NCBI RefSeq assembly: GCF_001194135.2
Contig: NC_068981.1
Coordinates: 53,089,269-53,153,268, forward strand
Length of the DNA stretch: 64,000 bases
Source of the DNA: Octopus bimaculoides
Taxonomy: Eukaryota
Direction of reading: 5' to 3'
Part shown: in pieces, positions 52,411-64,000 of the stretch
How positions within the stretch are numbered: position 1 is the first letter of the stretch
How the letters are laid out: each line of letters begins with the position of its first letter
Made by a program: the position numbers and the translations under genes
The notes under the pieces: generated by a model
Databases searched by the model: none
What the model was told of the DNA's origin: nothing
The model's input: only the letters and a program-made list of their open reading frames with translations

Positions 52411-55400
52411 AAACAATATGAAAAGAAAATCTACAGAAAATATTGCCTACTTTTCAAAATTATTCTGAAGTGCATATGTGATTCTGGTTGTAGAAGTGGA
52501 TTTAGTATACAAAATCACAATAGCTTAATGCTTTATAGATAATGTTAGTGATAAAGACATTGCCATTAAAGTAGGTTCTTGAAATGATATTAGAGCTTGC
52601 TAGAAATTATAGGAATTCTTGACACAGCAATTTCAAATAAAAATTAATTGAAGCAGAAATCTTTTCTGATATTAGCAACTGGCTGTATTGTCTGTTGATT
52701 GACTATAATGTTATGTTTTCAGACTAAATTATTATAACTTAAAAGAGATAAACAGTTTGCATTTTAATAGCATTATTGAGGCAGTGTGAAGGACACCCCA
52801 GATATTTGAAATATTTGACTTGCAATATGATGGTTATCATCATACAAAATGTGGGACTTACTGGAGAGAATAGGCCAAAGTTGGCAAGGAAGCAAAGAAA
52901 AGAAGTAACCCTTAGTTAAGCATCTTTCTCCATTTACACTAAAATATTTTGTAACTGATTATAATTGGTTTTTCAAAATTTTTAGTAAACTCTATGAAAA
53001 GATAATTTTAAAATTAGTTCATCCGTTATCACAATAAATAGAACAAATATCAAGATAAGAACCCTATAATTAATGGATTCAGTGATTACTCAGAATGCTT
53101 TCTTCACTGTAGCAGCCTGATGACTGTTAAATCTAAAATTGTGTGTAAAAATGTATAAAAATAGTTCTGATATTCTTTAAATAATGTAAATAGAGCAAAA
53201 TAGCCAAGTGGATAAAGTATTGGATTACTAAGCTCAGGAGCTGTAACTTCAAATCTACTACAGGCATTTCATTATTACTTTAAATAGTTTTTTTTTTACT
53301 CTATATAACTCAGTTCACCTAGCTGTCACAAATAGATATCAAAACATGTTAGAATATGTGCGATAGTTAGCAGCCTATCCATTGGTAGATTTGTCTTCAT
53401 TCTATTTAATGCTACATGTAATGCCCTCTGGACCCCTGAGGTATATGAACAAAGTAACTGCTTTAACTTTTTATATAATGTACTATTATATATTAAAGAT
53501 ATTGAAGTGGTTGTTGTTAGTCTTGAATTAACTCTGTGTATGTGTGTGCATGAGTTTGTATGACATTTTGATCTACATACATACAGGAAATTTTAAATGC
53601 AAATTCTATTATGGTAAGGTGATTGAAGCCTAACAGTATTAAATTTTAGATTTGTTTTTATTAATCCATACACAAAGGGTAGAATAGTATCCCACTTACA
53701 CTTAAAAACTAGAATGGTTGATTGTGACTAGACAAGGTATTCCTGAAAAAGACGTTTTAGTGAGGAAGGATTTGAAAATTTTTAATATTCTGTTTAGAAA
53801 AATTAGCACATTATATGTCAACATTGGATAAAGCAAGTATGAAATGTTTAAAATTGGGCTGACATTCATCAGACAAGGTCAGAACAGCAGTTTCTATTGA
53901 GTTAAGGCAGAAGAAACAGTAGGTAGGTACAGTATGCTAGTGTTGGAAAGCAATGTATAGTAACAAATTGCCAATGTGACAAATAGCTGAGGGTGAGGGG
54001 CTTATGGATGTAAAATTTCTAAATATTTTTAGTGTTATATCAAAAGGAAGGGTATTCTCATAACCTATAAGGATCTTATAGGATCTAGGCAAATAGGAAA
54101 GAAGTGAGGAAGAAGAGAGAGGATGTGTATGAATGTTTTGAAAATTTGAAACCCTTTTAACTAGAATGAATAATCAGAGTCAAAAAACAACAAAATGGCA
54201 AGCAAGGATGTGAGGGTTGTCAATGTGGAGAGTTTGTTCGTTTAAATAACTATTTTGTATGTTTTTATGGCATTCAAAATTTTAAGGCATCTTAAGAAGT
54301 TTACTCAAATATTTTAGAGTGTTACAAACTACTCAGGATTGATGCACTTCTTTGTGCCTGAAAAGAAGGTCAGTTTTCTTTGAGACGTTTTGGGACTTCA
54401 AAGCAATAGACATTCAGAAGCCATGAGAGATTTTTTTTAAAGTCTTGTCATTTGTTATAAGTTGATTTTTAAAATTGAAAACTGACAGAAAAATGCAGAT
54501 GTCAAAGTTCTTGTTCCTTAAAGTAACATATGTTATTCAACTAAACATTATCAGGTTGTGAGATCTTCAGTGGAGAAACTTCTTTGAAAAGAGGTAAATA
54601 ACTGCTGATAATAGCAGTGGATACTGGTTATTATTGCAAGAAATAAATCATTACTGTCCAGCATAATTGTCTATAGAAATAGTAGTGTCTGATATAGAAA
54701 TAGTTTTCTATGTTAGAAGATAAGAGGATTTCAAAAATATAAATCTGTTGATTAGTTTATGACTGATTGACAGTGAAAATAAAGAAAATAATTCTGTTTG
54801 TTATTAATTAGTAAGAATGTAAGTACAATTATGGTATTAGTAAGCTGATCAACAATGTGTTTATTCTGCAAAAACTAAGCTAATTTGTAAAATAAGTATA
54901 AATTTGAAAGATAGTTCTTATCAAAAAGTAATTTTAATGCATAAATTATAAATTTAAACTTTCATGTTAAGCATGTTTTTTTTAAAAACTGGTAAGAGAA
55001 AGCAAATAAAATATCAAAAAGCGTCAAAATAGAATCAAATCATTCAGTAGACTGAATAAAGTAAAAAGATCAATAAGGCATACTTACTTATTCACTTAAA
55101 AAATTTGAATAAAGTATCATACTACAATTTGAGATTAAATTAACTATATAAAAAACAAAAAAAACATATGCTATATTTCAAATATGATAATTTTTATTTA
55201 AAATCCAGCTACATTGATTTAACCTCTATGCATTTATAGACATTTATTTTACCTATATTTTACATTAATTACACCAGTCAATGATGTTCAAACAAATGTC
55301 TAAGTACGAACATAAAAATGAAATAATAGACATTTAAACTACTTCATGCAGTGAATGCAACAGATGGAATGGTAATTTTATTTTTTATTTTTTTATTAAG

Positions 55401-56186
55401 TGATCATTACCTTTCACACTTATTACTTTCCTGTAGTTGAAAATATATTTCAATTTTTTTTTATCCTCATATAATGTTATATTCTTTGAATATATTAGTT
55501 ACTTAGCTAAATGCATTTCAACTACTGATTAGAGAGTGAAGAAACCTTTGAAAGGTAGTAAACAAGTATATATTAATTTTTATATATGGAATGTAACAAA
55601 CTAGAAACCATTTATGTTTTGATATTTTTTATATGTTTATTCACTTATTTAAAAGATACTGTTCAAGTACAATCCAACATTTTAATTATATATTTGCATA
55701 TGTAAAGATGAGGTCATTTTATGCCAGAAGTATCTAAGGGAAAAAGTTAAATATTCCATTATTCTCTTTATAGACTAATCCCAAAACAGTTACTGATATT
55801 AGCCTACATAGAAACTTAAGCAGTTGAAAAGGCAAGCAAATCAGTATTACACTTATATGTGCCAAACTGAAGACTATATTACTGAGTGAGCTGAGAAGGG
55901 AGCCTGAACATGGTTGCTCTCTGCTAGAAATAGCTGCTAAAGCACCCTCAATTCACACCCTACCATTGTAATAAAAAAAAAAAGCATTGGATGTTATCCT
56001 ATAAACACTGTCTGAGAATAAAACAAACTGGTCATGGCTGGAGCATTCTTACTCATAACACTATTTAATTAGGGTAAGCACGATGTTAAACAACAACATA
56101 TAATAAATACTAAAGGATCTTATAGACAACACTGTTGCTGGACAATTGTCTAGATAATATTCCTAACCTCTCCACAATTACTAAAT

Positions 56187-56281
56187 CATCCATTCTATGA
56201 TGAATACAAAGTGGATTATGAATTTCTCACCCTAACATACATAAAAATTTAACAGATTAGTAATAGTAACTGAAATGGATG
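56187..56281 (+). ncRNA. Candidate box C/D snoRNA
   Basis: CATCCATT-ct-ATGATGA (box C 56197-56203) ... CTGA (box D 56270-56273)-AATGGATG: perfect 8-bp terminal stem with canonical spacing; 95 nt. Confidence 0.5.
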
Positions 56282-59200
56282 CCTATAGGTTCATAAGTAT
56301 AGCATGTATATTAATGAAAATACACTGTGTGAGTACTGCTCTTTTTCTACCTTACAGTAGTCTAAAGGTTAAAACTTCAAATCTTTCATAAAAGTTGAAC
56401 TGTTAATCAGAACTTGAAACTTGCTCCTTTTTTTTTTTCTTCAATTTTAATTGGTGCTTGTAATTGTAAGTTCTATTTTGTATAGTACTTAGCATAAGAG
56501 TAACACAATTCATTAAAGAAATTGCTCTCCTATGTTTTTCATGAAAAACATATGTTGTGAATCTACATTCTCACTGATGGTTAAGCAGAATAAAGAGAGA
56601 TTCTTCCTATACGTAAATAATCTTCATTATATATGAATGTGTGTGAATAAAAAATACAAGATTAATGAAGAATTCTTGATAACCAAATAGTTGAAATATT
56701 ATTTATATAATTTCAAGACAGATCTTCAACATTATTTTCAAAATATTTGAGATAGCAATGTAATCTTTAAAAAATTTGTTTTATTTCATATTCAATTCTA
56801 AGCAGAAATGTTTTTTTAAAAAAATGTTATGCTTGTATAGAATGTTAATTCATTTTAACCCAGGTATTCATAGCATTTATTTTTCATTACTGGCATAGTT
56901 TTAATAGGCCCATAATATAGTTTTCTTTTAATTGTGATGTATATGAATGTGTATGTGTACGCACACACAAACCTAATAGATGCAAGCATAATTGTATGTT
57001 TAAGAAGTTTGTTTTGTGACATGATTGTCCTTAATTCAATTCTACTGCATAGCATCAATTAGGTAAGTGGCTTCTGATATAGCCTCAAGTTTACAATGCC
57101 TTCTAAGGAAAATTTGCAGAACAAAATGCTCTCTCTCTCTCACACACACACAGTGGATAAGTTCACAATCAATATTAAGGCTTAAACCTCAAAAGAAACG
57201 GAAAGAGTTACTTGTTATAATGTTTCCAACATTGTTCTTCATCAAATGGTGGAAAGTGGGGAAGAAAAACATAGAGAAATAGAAAAAAAAAAGGAAAAAT
57301 GTACCTATGTGTGTGTTTGTATGTGTCTGCCTCTATATCTGTCTTTACGTTGATGCCACTTACAAAATGGTGTGTTTATGTGCAACAAATAGGAATTGCT
57401 AAAATATGTACTAGATATAATAGTAAGTACTAGTGTTGACATGATTGACTAAAACCTTTCAGAGTGGTGGCCCAGTATGAGTAAATTAGATGCTGAACTT
57501 GTGGTCTAAAATTTATAATTTTAAATCTATTTTAATATGATTTTTCTAAATTCTTTACCAAGTTAACCTAGTTGAGAAAGAGTTATTATTTCTGTTAGAT
57601 ATCTAGTAATAAAAATGTTTATTGCAAGACTTCATATAAATATCTCTATATGCAAAGCCAATTAGTCTATTTTTACATGGAAAAATAAACAGATGTAAGA
57701 AATATATAAACAAATGAGATCTTAAAAATTTGTTTGGAAAACCTAATTTAAACTTTGTCTTGATCTACCATTTAGTTTAAAGATGTGAAAAAGTAGAAAA
57801 TATATTAAAATTTTAACTAAATTTATTATACATGTTAAAAGAACATGCCAAAAATATATCTTACCCCGCTCTAGTTAGACCCTGTTCCCAATGATTTATA
57901 TATTTACTTAATTTTCCATATTAGGTGACCTATTTCTCTTTAGTTCAGTTTAATTCATCGCTCTAATATATTTATTAATACAATAATTGTTACCAAATTG
58001 ACAATAAAACTTTAAAACTATTACATGCTTCTACTAATTTTGAGACATTGTTTTCAAAATTTAGGGTTTTTTTCCTTACTCAACTAATTTTTAAAATTTA
58101 TTTTTAGAATGTCTACCTGGCATGGTTGTGTGGTTAAAAAACTCACTTAGTAACTACATGGTTTTGGGTTCAGTCCTACTGTGCAACACCTTAGGCAGGT
58201 GTCTTTTACTATAACCCTCAGACAACCAATGCCTTATGAATGATTTTGATAGAAAGAAACTGTGTGGAAGCCCATTGTATATATATGTGTGTGTTTTGTG
58301 TTTTTCCCTACCACTGCTTGACAACCGATGTTGGTTTGCTTACAAACCTGCATCATGGCTGTTCAGCAAAACTGATAGAATAAGTACTGATTTGTTTGAG
58401 TAAACTCTTCAAAGCAGTACCCCAGCATGGTTACAACCCTGTCACTGAAATAAGAAATAGATAAAAGGTAAAAACCCCTCATACTTGACGTATAAGAATA
58501 TACAAAACCAGTACTTTAGAAAAGAGGTCCATGAGAGCAATTTTTCAAGGATTTAAAAAAAAATTATCATTTGTATATACCTACTTAGGCTAACATTAGA
58601 GAGTAGAAATAAATATTCATTGAATCAAGTGTAATGCTTTTAATTAGAAGTTGATTTGTTTCTCTTACTTGAATTGCTGTTTCTTTTAAGACAGAAACAC
58701 ACTTCTTCACACCCTTCCTTAGTATCAGAGCTAATCAATCACTGATTCACGTATGTGTTTAAAAGATTAAGCAGTTAATAAGGTTTACTATTTTCATGGT
58801 TTTAGTACATGTTATCTAACCAGAGAGTTGGAACCATTTTTACAAGAAACAAAAAAAAAAAAAAGAATTGGAATACTGATTTAAAGAATATTTCTTAGAC
58901 TGTTTATTTGATTCTTGACTGAGCTATCTCAAAAGGCTTACTAACAGTTCATTATAAATGAATCATCATTAATCCTACTAAAATTTATCAACTCAACAAA
59001 ACCTATTTTCCTTGGTGTCTTTCTGTTATTTGAGATAATGACTTTTCTATAAAAGTTATCTGCAATTTCCAATCAACCATCAAAAAATATAAAGATAAAA
59101 TGTTGGTGTAAAAATTCTGAACTAAATTTATTGTAAGTTTGTGAGTAAATTTTTATTTCTTTGTTGAATTATGTTAACAAAGAAACTACCCAATACATAT

Positions 59201-59599
59201 CACAGTATTGTGAGTGCTTTTCACGACAAGCCATGTGAAATTCATATTGGCTTTACTACAATATTTTATTAATTTTATGGCTTGTTTATATTCATAAGGT
59301 ATAGATAGAAATTTTGCTGCAACTAGTTCTGTTCTGTTATATTCCTCTAGTTATTGAAGCTCCAGTTTAACATTTTATTCACACAATAACTATTTCTGAA
59401 ATGTCCCTGTAATGATGTCATTATTAAAAGCTGAGTGTTCAGCCCACAATTCATCTGTTGTAGAGTCTGCACCACAAAACCTACAATGTATTCAACCTTT
59501 AACTTTGCTTTCACCTTTAACTTTGCTTTCACCTTTATGTGTGAGGAGAATTATATCTTCTTTTAAATTTTTAGTAAGTTTGCCACATGCTAAGAAGCT

Positions 59600-60810
59600 C
59601 TGGAAGAGTATCTGCAGTGCTTTTTGGCAAAAGTTTCTTGCATGGCTTTAAAAGAATCACTGAAATACTGTCAGGTCCCCATTGCTAAGTTTGAGATCAT
59701 CTCATCAGTAGCTGATATTGTGTCCTCTTTTATGCCAATGTAATCAACAGTTGCTTCTTATGAGAGTCTAAGTTGGTTTTCTCTCACTGTCATTAATTTG
59801 TTTATCTAAATTATTTGAGATCTTTATTCTTCATCTTATAAGGACTCACCGCTCTTGAGGAATCTTGTGTGTATCAGCTGTTCTCTCAGAGACAAAGTTA
59901 ATTCATTCATCATCATCATCATTATCATCATCATCATTATCATCATCATTATCATCATCATCATTTAATGTCTGTTTTCTATGTTGATATGGGTTGGATG
60001 ATTTAACAGGAACTGGTGAACTATAAGGCCACGTTAAGCTCCAATGCCAGTTTTGGCATGGTTTCTATGGCTGGATGTCCTTCCTAATGACTACCACTTT
60101 ATCGAGTGTACTGAGGAAGGACACCCAAAACCGGGCAAGATGGTGAGATCGTGTGAGGGCAATTGCTCTGGCATTGAGGTAGATCTGGTCACCCCCATTA
60201 ATGGAGGCAAAACCTGGATTCAAAATGATGGATGATGATGAGTGCTTTTTTTTTTCTGTGCCACTGGCACTAGCAAGGTTCCCATGTAACCTGCAAGACA
60301 AGAAAAGAAAGGAACAAGAAGGAAAAGTGGGTGGTCAGTAGTATATGAGAGGGGGAGGAGCAATGGTTCTATGCCATGTGTTGAGAGGCTAGAGCATGAT
60401 GGAAGAACAAGCCCAAATGTCTTGTGATAGAGATACATTGTTACCCAATGTTATATAAGGTTAGATGGGAATTGCTGGAAAGCTGAAAAGAAGACAGAAA
60501 TGGTGGTGAGATGCAGGATATCTCAAGACACAGTTGATTGTAGAAGGGGTTAGAGGAAGATGGAGGGGAAAAGATAGGGGTAGAAGTGCATGTAGCTACT
60601 GATGGTGAGAGATATAGTATTGGTCAAATTTCTTTCATAATCTCTTTTTGAATTGATTTCTAGTTAGCTTTGTATGAGTTCAGGCTGCATAGAGCTTGGT
60701 TGCATCCTGTGTGATATATATCATAAGTAGTTTTGAGCCACATATTGTTAGTTCTGTTATGTTGTGGATAAGTCTCTTGTTATTAGTGAAACATAGGTCT
60801 AAGATGTGTG
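59600..60810 (-). mobile_element. CR1-like LINE remnant interrupted by younger repeats
   Basis: HILDLCFTNNKRLIHNI (endonuclease) near 60750-60810 and DEMISN..MGPD-like / SFLACGKL motifs near 59580-59720. Confidence 0.6.
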
Positions 60811-60922
60811 TGTGTAAACTTTTAGTAGAATTGAAAGTAGATTGGTTATACATTGTATAATGTATTTGTAACAAAATATATTTGTTTATAATGTTTGACT
60901 TATTTTTTTGTTTTTTTAACAG

Positions 60923-60995
60923 TCTAGGCTCAGAAGCCATTTCAGTCAACTAGAGTTTTGTGAAGGAAACTTGCAATTTTGGCCTGAAGCAAAAC
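60923..60995 (+). other. Candidate 73-nt exon; open frame SRLRSHFSQLEFCEGNLQFWPEAK
   Basis: Strong acceptor ttttttgtttttttaacag| and donor AAC|gtaagt. Only phase 0 is open. Confidence 0.5.
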
Positions 60996-61384
60996 GTAAG
61001 TTGAGAATTATTTGATTAAATTCATTATTAGATTTTTTTAATTCAATTATTTTTGTTCAGTTTTTGTTACTATAATGTACTTCAATTAATATACTCTACC
61101 AATAGAGTGTTTTTTAAATGTGTGCTACAGTGAACATCAATGTATCATGAATATTCCCTTTATGAATGAAGGTTGGAAGGTGCTGAAAGAATTAAGATTT
61201 CCAGTCTACAATTGAGGGATGAAATGTGTGTAAAGTATTATTGTTTATGTATATATATTCATGCATGTATGTGTGTGTGTTTATGTATGTATGTAAGTGT
61301 GTGTGTGTATGTATGTAAGTGTGTATGTATATATTAAGAAGATAAGAAAATAAGAGAGATAATAATTATTTATTACTTAAAAAA

Positions 61385-61490
61385 TTAGACATCTCCGACA
61401 GCTGTTTCGATTCTAGACCCTTAGAAATTAATTACCATAATTAAAATCGTTTAAAAGTTGAATCTCATCATAGTTGGCTAAAGATATACA
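61385..61490 (-). ncRNA. Hammerhead-ribozyme-like fold with non-canonical position 3
   Basis: Minus strand aTGATGA-GATTC...GAATC-GAAA-CAGCT-GTC with palindromic stem III ACAGCTGT. Confidence 0.45.
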
Positions 61491-62599
61491 ATTAGGTGTT
61501 CATATTGTTGAGAATATGGCTCCACACCTTTAAATGATGAAATTTATTTATAAAGAACATGGTATAAACCTTACAAAGGAGAGGAAGGTAGTATATTTAT
61601 TGGAATTATAATAAAAGTAAGAATAGAACAATATATCCTTCTAGGGTGTTAAATAAAAGAAAACGCTGAAGTAAATATATTAGTATAATTGTAATATATT
61701 ACAATGTATTATGCACCAATACTAATGCTATAGATAAGCAGTGTGTAAAATAATATTAGGGAACTAATAAAATATAAGTGAATAAAATAGAAATTAAAAA
61801 TAGAAATAAAGTATAAATTAAATTAAAAATAAGGGGGAAATCCATAAAATAGCTTATAATTAAAGATTAAATGTGTATACAATCAAAATAATGATGATAG
61901 TTAAAGGTGCATTCTTTTGGGTGTATTATAATATAATATAATTAAATACTATAGAGGTGAAAATGCAAAAAGCCTAAAATAAAATAAAGTAACTTAATAA
62001 CATAAGATATAGTATGTTATTGCATAGTCAATTGATAGTTTGTTATGTAACTAGAAACATAAACAGAATGCAATACAGAGCAAACGTATATAAATAATAT
62101 TAGTAATTAATTTTAGGTGAAAGACATTCTAAAAGATTTGTTACACTTAGTAATTACCTAAGGAGTTAAATAACTTAAAAGATGAAAGAACTTAATGTTA
62201 GGGTTAATTAATATATATTAGTAAAAGCACCCACTACACTCTCTGAGTGGTTGGCGTTAGGAAGGGCATCCAGCTGTAGAAACTCTGCCAAATTAGATTG
62301 GAGCCTGGTGTTGCCATCCGGTTTCACCAGTCCTCAGTCAAATCGTCCAACCCATGCTAGCATGGAAAGCGGACGTTAAACGATGATGATGATGATGATG
62401 ATGATGATTATGTACATGGTTACGCTTGGAAGTCTATTAATTTCAAAAATGTTTAATATAGATAGAATGAGATACTATATAATAATGGGTAAGCAGAAAA
62501 AATAGAATTTTTAATAATAAAAAAATAAAAATAAAATAAAAAACATTTATTAGAGTCCATCACTCCTAAGACTAATATTGAGTCGACCAACTCAATATG

Positions 62600-63120
62600 C
62601 ATGGAAGGGCAGTACATGTTTAAGATGAGTAAATATGGTGAGCTGGCAAAGCAGCTAGGGAGTGAGGATTACCACTGCACTGTGAAACTAGTTCAAGTTG
62701 GATTGTGAGGATTCAGGCTGTTGGGTATCAAAGGCCACAGAAGAACTGCCACAATCAGACAGTTGTCTGACGTTGATCAATGTGGATGTGGGCAAAGAGG
62801 AATGACCAATGGACCTAGTTATGGGTTTTATTGATTATATACAGGAAGAGAAGGAAGAAGAGAACTGGTTCCTTCGTTGGTCAGAGAGGTCTAGTAGGCT
62901 GAAACACGGACCTGGGAACACAAGTTCACAAAAATAATGACCAAGGTTCAAATCAGGATTTTGGAAAGCAACAGAAGGACACCTAGGAGTCATAAACTGG
63001 GTGGGCCTGGCTCCCATAGAGTGTCAGGTATAAGGGCCAAAATACTTGTCAGATGGGAGTTCTTCCTCTGAAAATGTCTCCTGCTGTGTGCTTGCCTTGC
63101 TGCGAGTTTCTGTTATTGTT
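62600..63120 (+). mobile_element. HERO-like REL non-LTR retrotransposon 3' end
   Basis: KMSKYGELAKQL...VQVGL*GF...WMWAKRNDQW, followed by a 3' UTR. Confidence 0.6.
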
Positions 63121-63565
63121 CTCCCCTTGGCCAAATATGTTTTCAAAGAATATTAGAAATGAATAACACTGCTTGCATGACAGTGGCACTCATTTACAGC
63201 TAGTATGTAATATCAAGACAAGAAGACACAAACATGCACTCACACACATACAACTGGCTTCTTTCAGTTTCTATCCACCAAATCTACTCATAAGGCTTTG
63301 TTCAGCCCATGGCTATTGTAGAAGATTCTCTGTCCAAGTTGCCACACAGTGGAACTCAATCTGAAACCATGTGGTTGTGATGCAAATTTCTTGGTTACAC
63401 ATTTATGCCTGTACCTATATATATATAATTTTATAATTAATTTATAATTATAATAGGGCACACAAGGTGCCAGAATTGCTGTAAAAATCCTCTCACAACC
63501 CACCAGTCACTGAGAATACAACAACCACAAAAGAAATCGGGCAATGAGCAAAGAAATTAACTTAC

Positions 63566-63830
63566 CTTCTTGGCTTTCTGGGAATACAAGTTCACAAAAA
63601 ACGTTCCAGAAAAATATGGCCTAATTATTCAAAAAGAAAAAGAGTAACACGATCAGATAGAGCGAAAAATGGGCTTCAAAATGATGCATAAAGTCGAAGT
63701 AATTTATCGAAAATTAATTTGAAAATACATAATTTAAAACCAAAATTTAAAATTCCACAAGAACTTTCTTGACAACCTAATATAATGACTTTGGCTGATA
63801 AAATGTTTATCCATGTCTCGATTGCTATAT
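63566..63830 (-). other. CpG-retaining segment with candidate minus-strand non-coding first exon
   Basis: GAAG|gtaagtt donor at 63565 on the minus strand and several CpGs in 63530-63830. No open frame reaches the donor from the upstream ATG. Confidence 0.3.
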
Positions 63831-64000
63831 ATTTCTTTCAGTATTATTCTGATTTTCAATTAAAAACATAATTTTCATTGTAACAGATTTGTATCCATTT
63901 TATATATATATATATACATATATATATCTATATATTGGGTCATCCCATAAATAATGTTATTTTTTTATACTGCATTTGTTTTCCAAAATTAAGATGAACA

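Noticed and set aside
59502-59537. 18-bp tandem duplication acctttaactttgctttc
   Set aside because: Simple slippage event with no wider pattern.
59844-59890. Minus-strand GCG|gtgagt donor
   Set aside because: Lies inside a decayed CR1-like remnant and has no convincing acceptor.
60680-60949. Minus-strand ORF MTEMASEPRLLKKQ...
   Set aside because: Its distal half is CR1 endonuclease remnant, and its start overlaps a better-supported plus-strand exon.

Overview
AT-rich, repeat-dense eukaryotic scaffold sequence with six N gaps. The repeat families and microsatellites suggest an octopus/cephalopod genome (inference from recalled repeat sequences, not a search). No complete protein-coding gene is recognisable. 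Most ORFs in the supplied track are decayed transposons, microsatellites or N-run artefacts. Mobile elements: four same-strand REL-endonuclease (R4/Dong-like) LINE fragments at 7.1-13.4 kb, several RTE LINEs plus many short copies of their (GAT)n-tailed 3' UTR, L2/Crack-, CR1- and HERO-like remnants, three mariners, a pogo remnant, a Gypsy-like gag fragment and several tRNA-derived SINE families. Host-gene signals are limited to a CpG-retaining promoter-like zone (about 19.3-23.6 kb) with splice donors on both strands and a few candidate exons. The most interesting signals are RNA-level: (1) a minimal hammerhead-ribozyme fold inside a tRNA-headed SINE-like element (1847-1892); (2) a second hammerhead-like fold on the minus strand (about 61385-61490); (3) a full-length CpG-decayed U2 snRNA copy fused directly to an RTE 3' tail (47329-47740); (4) a box C/D snoRNA candidate with canonical terminal geometry (56187-56281). 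All are by-eye calls and need computational or experimental confirmation.
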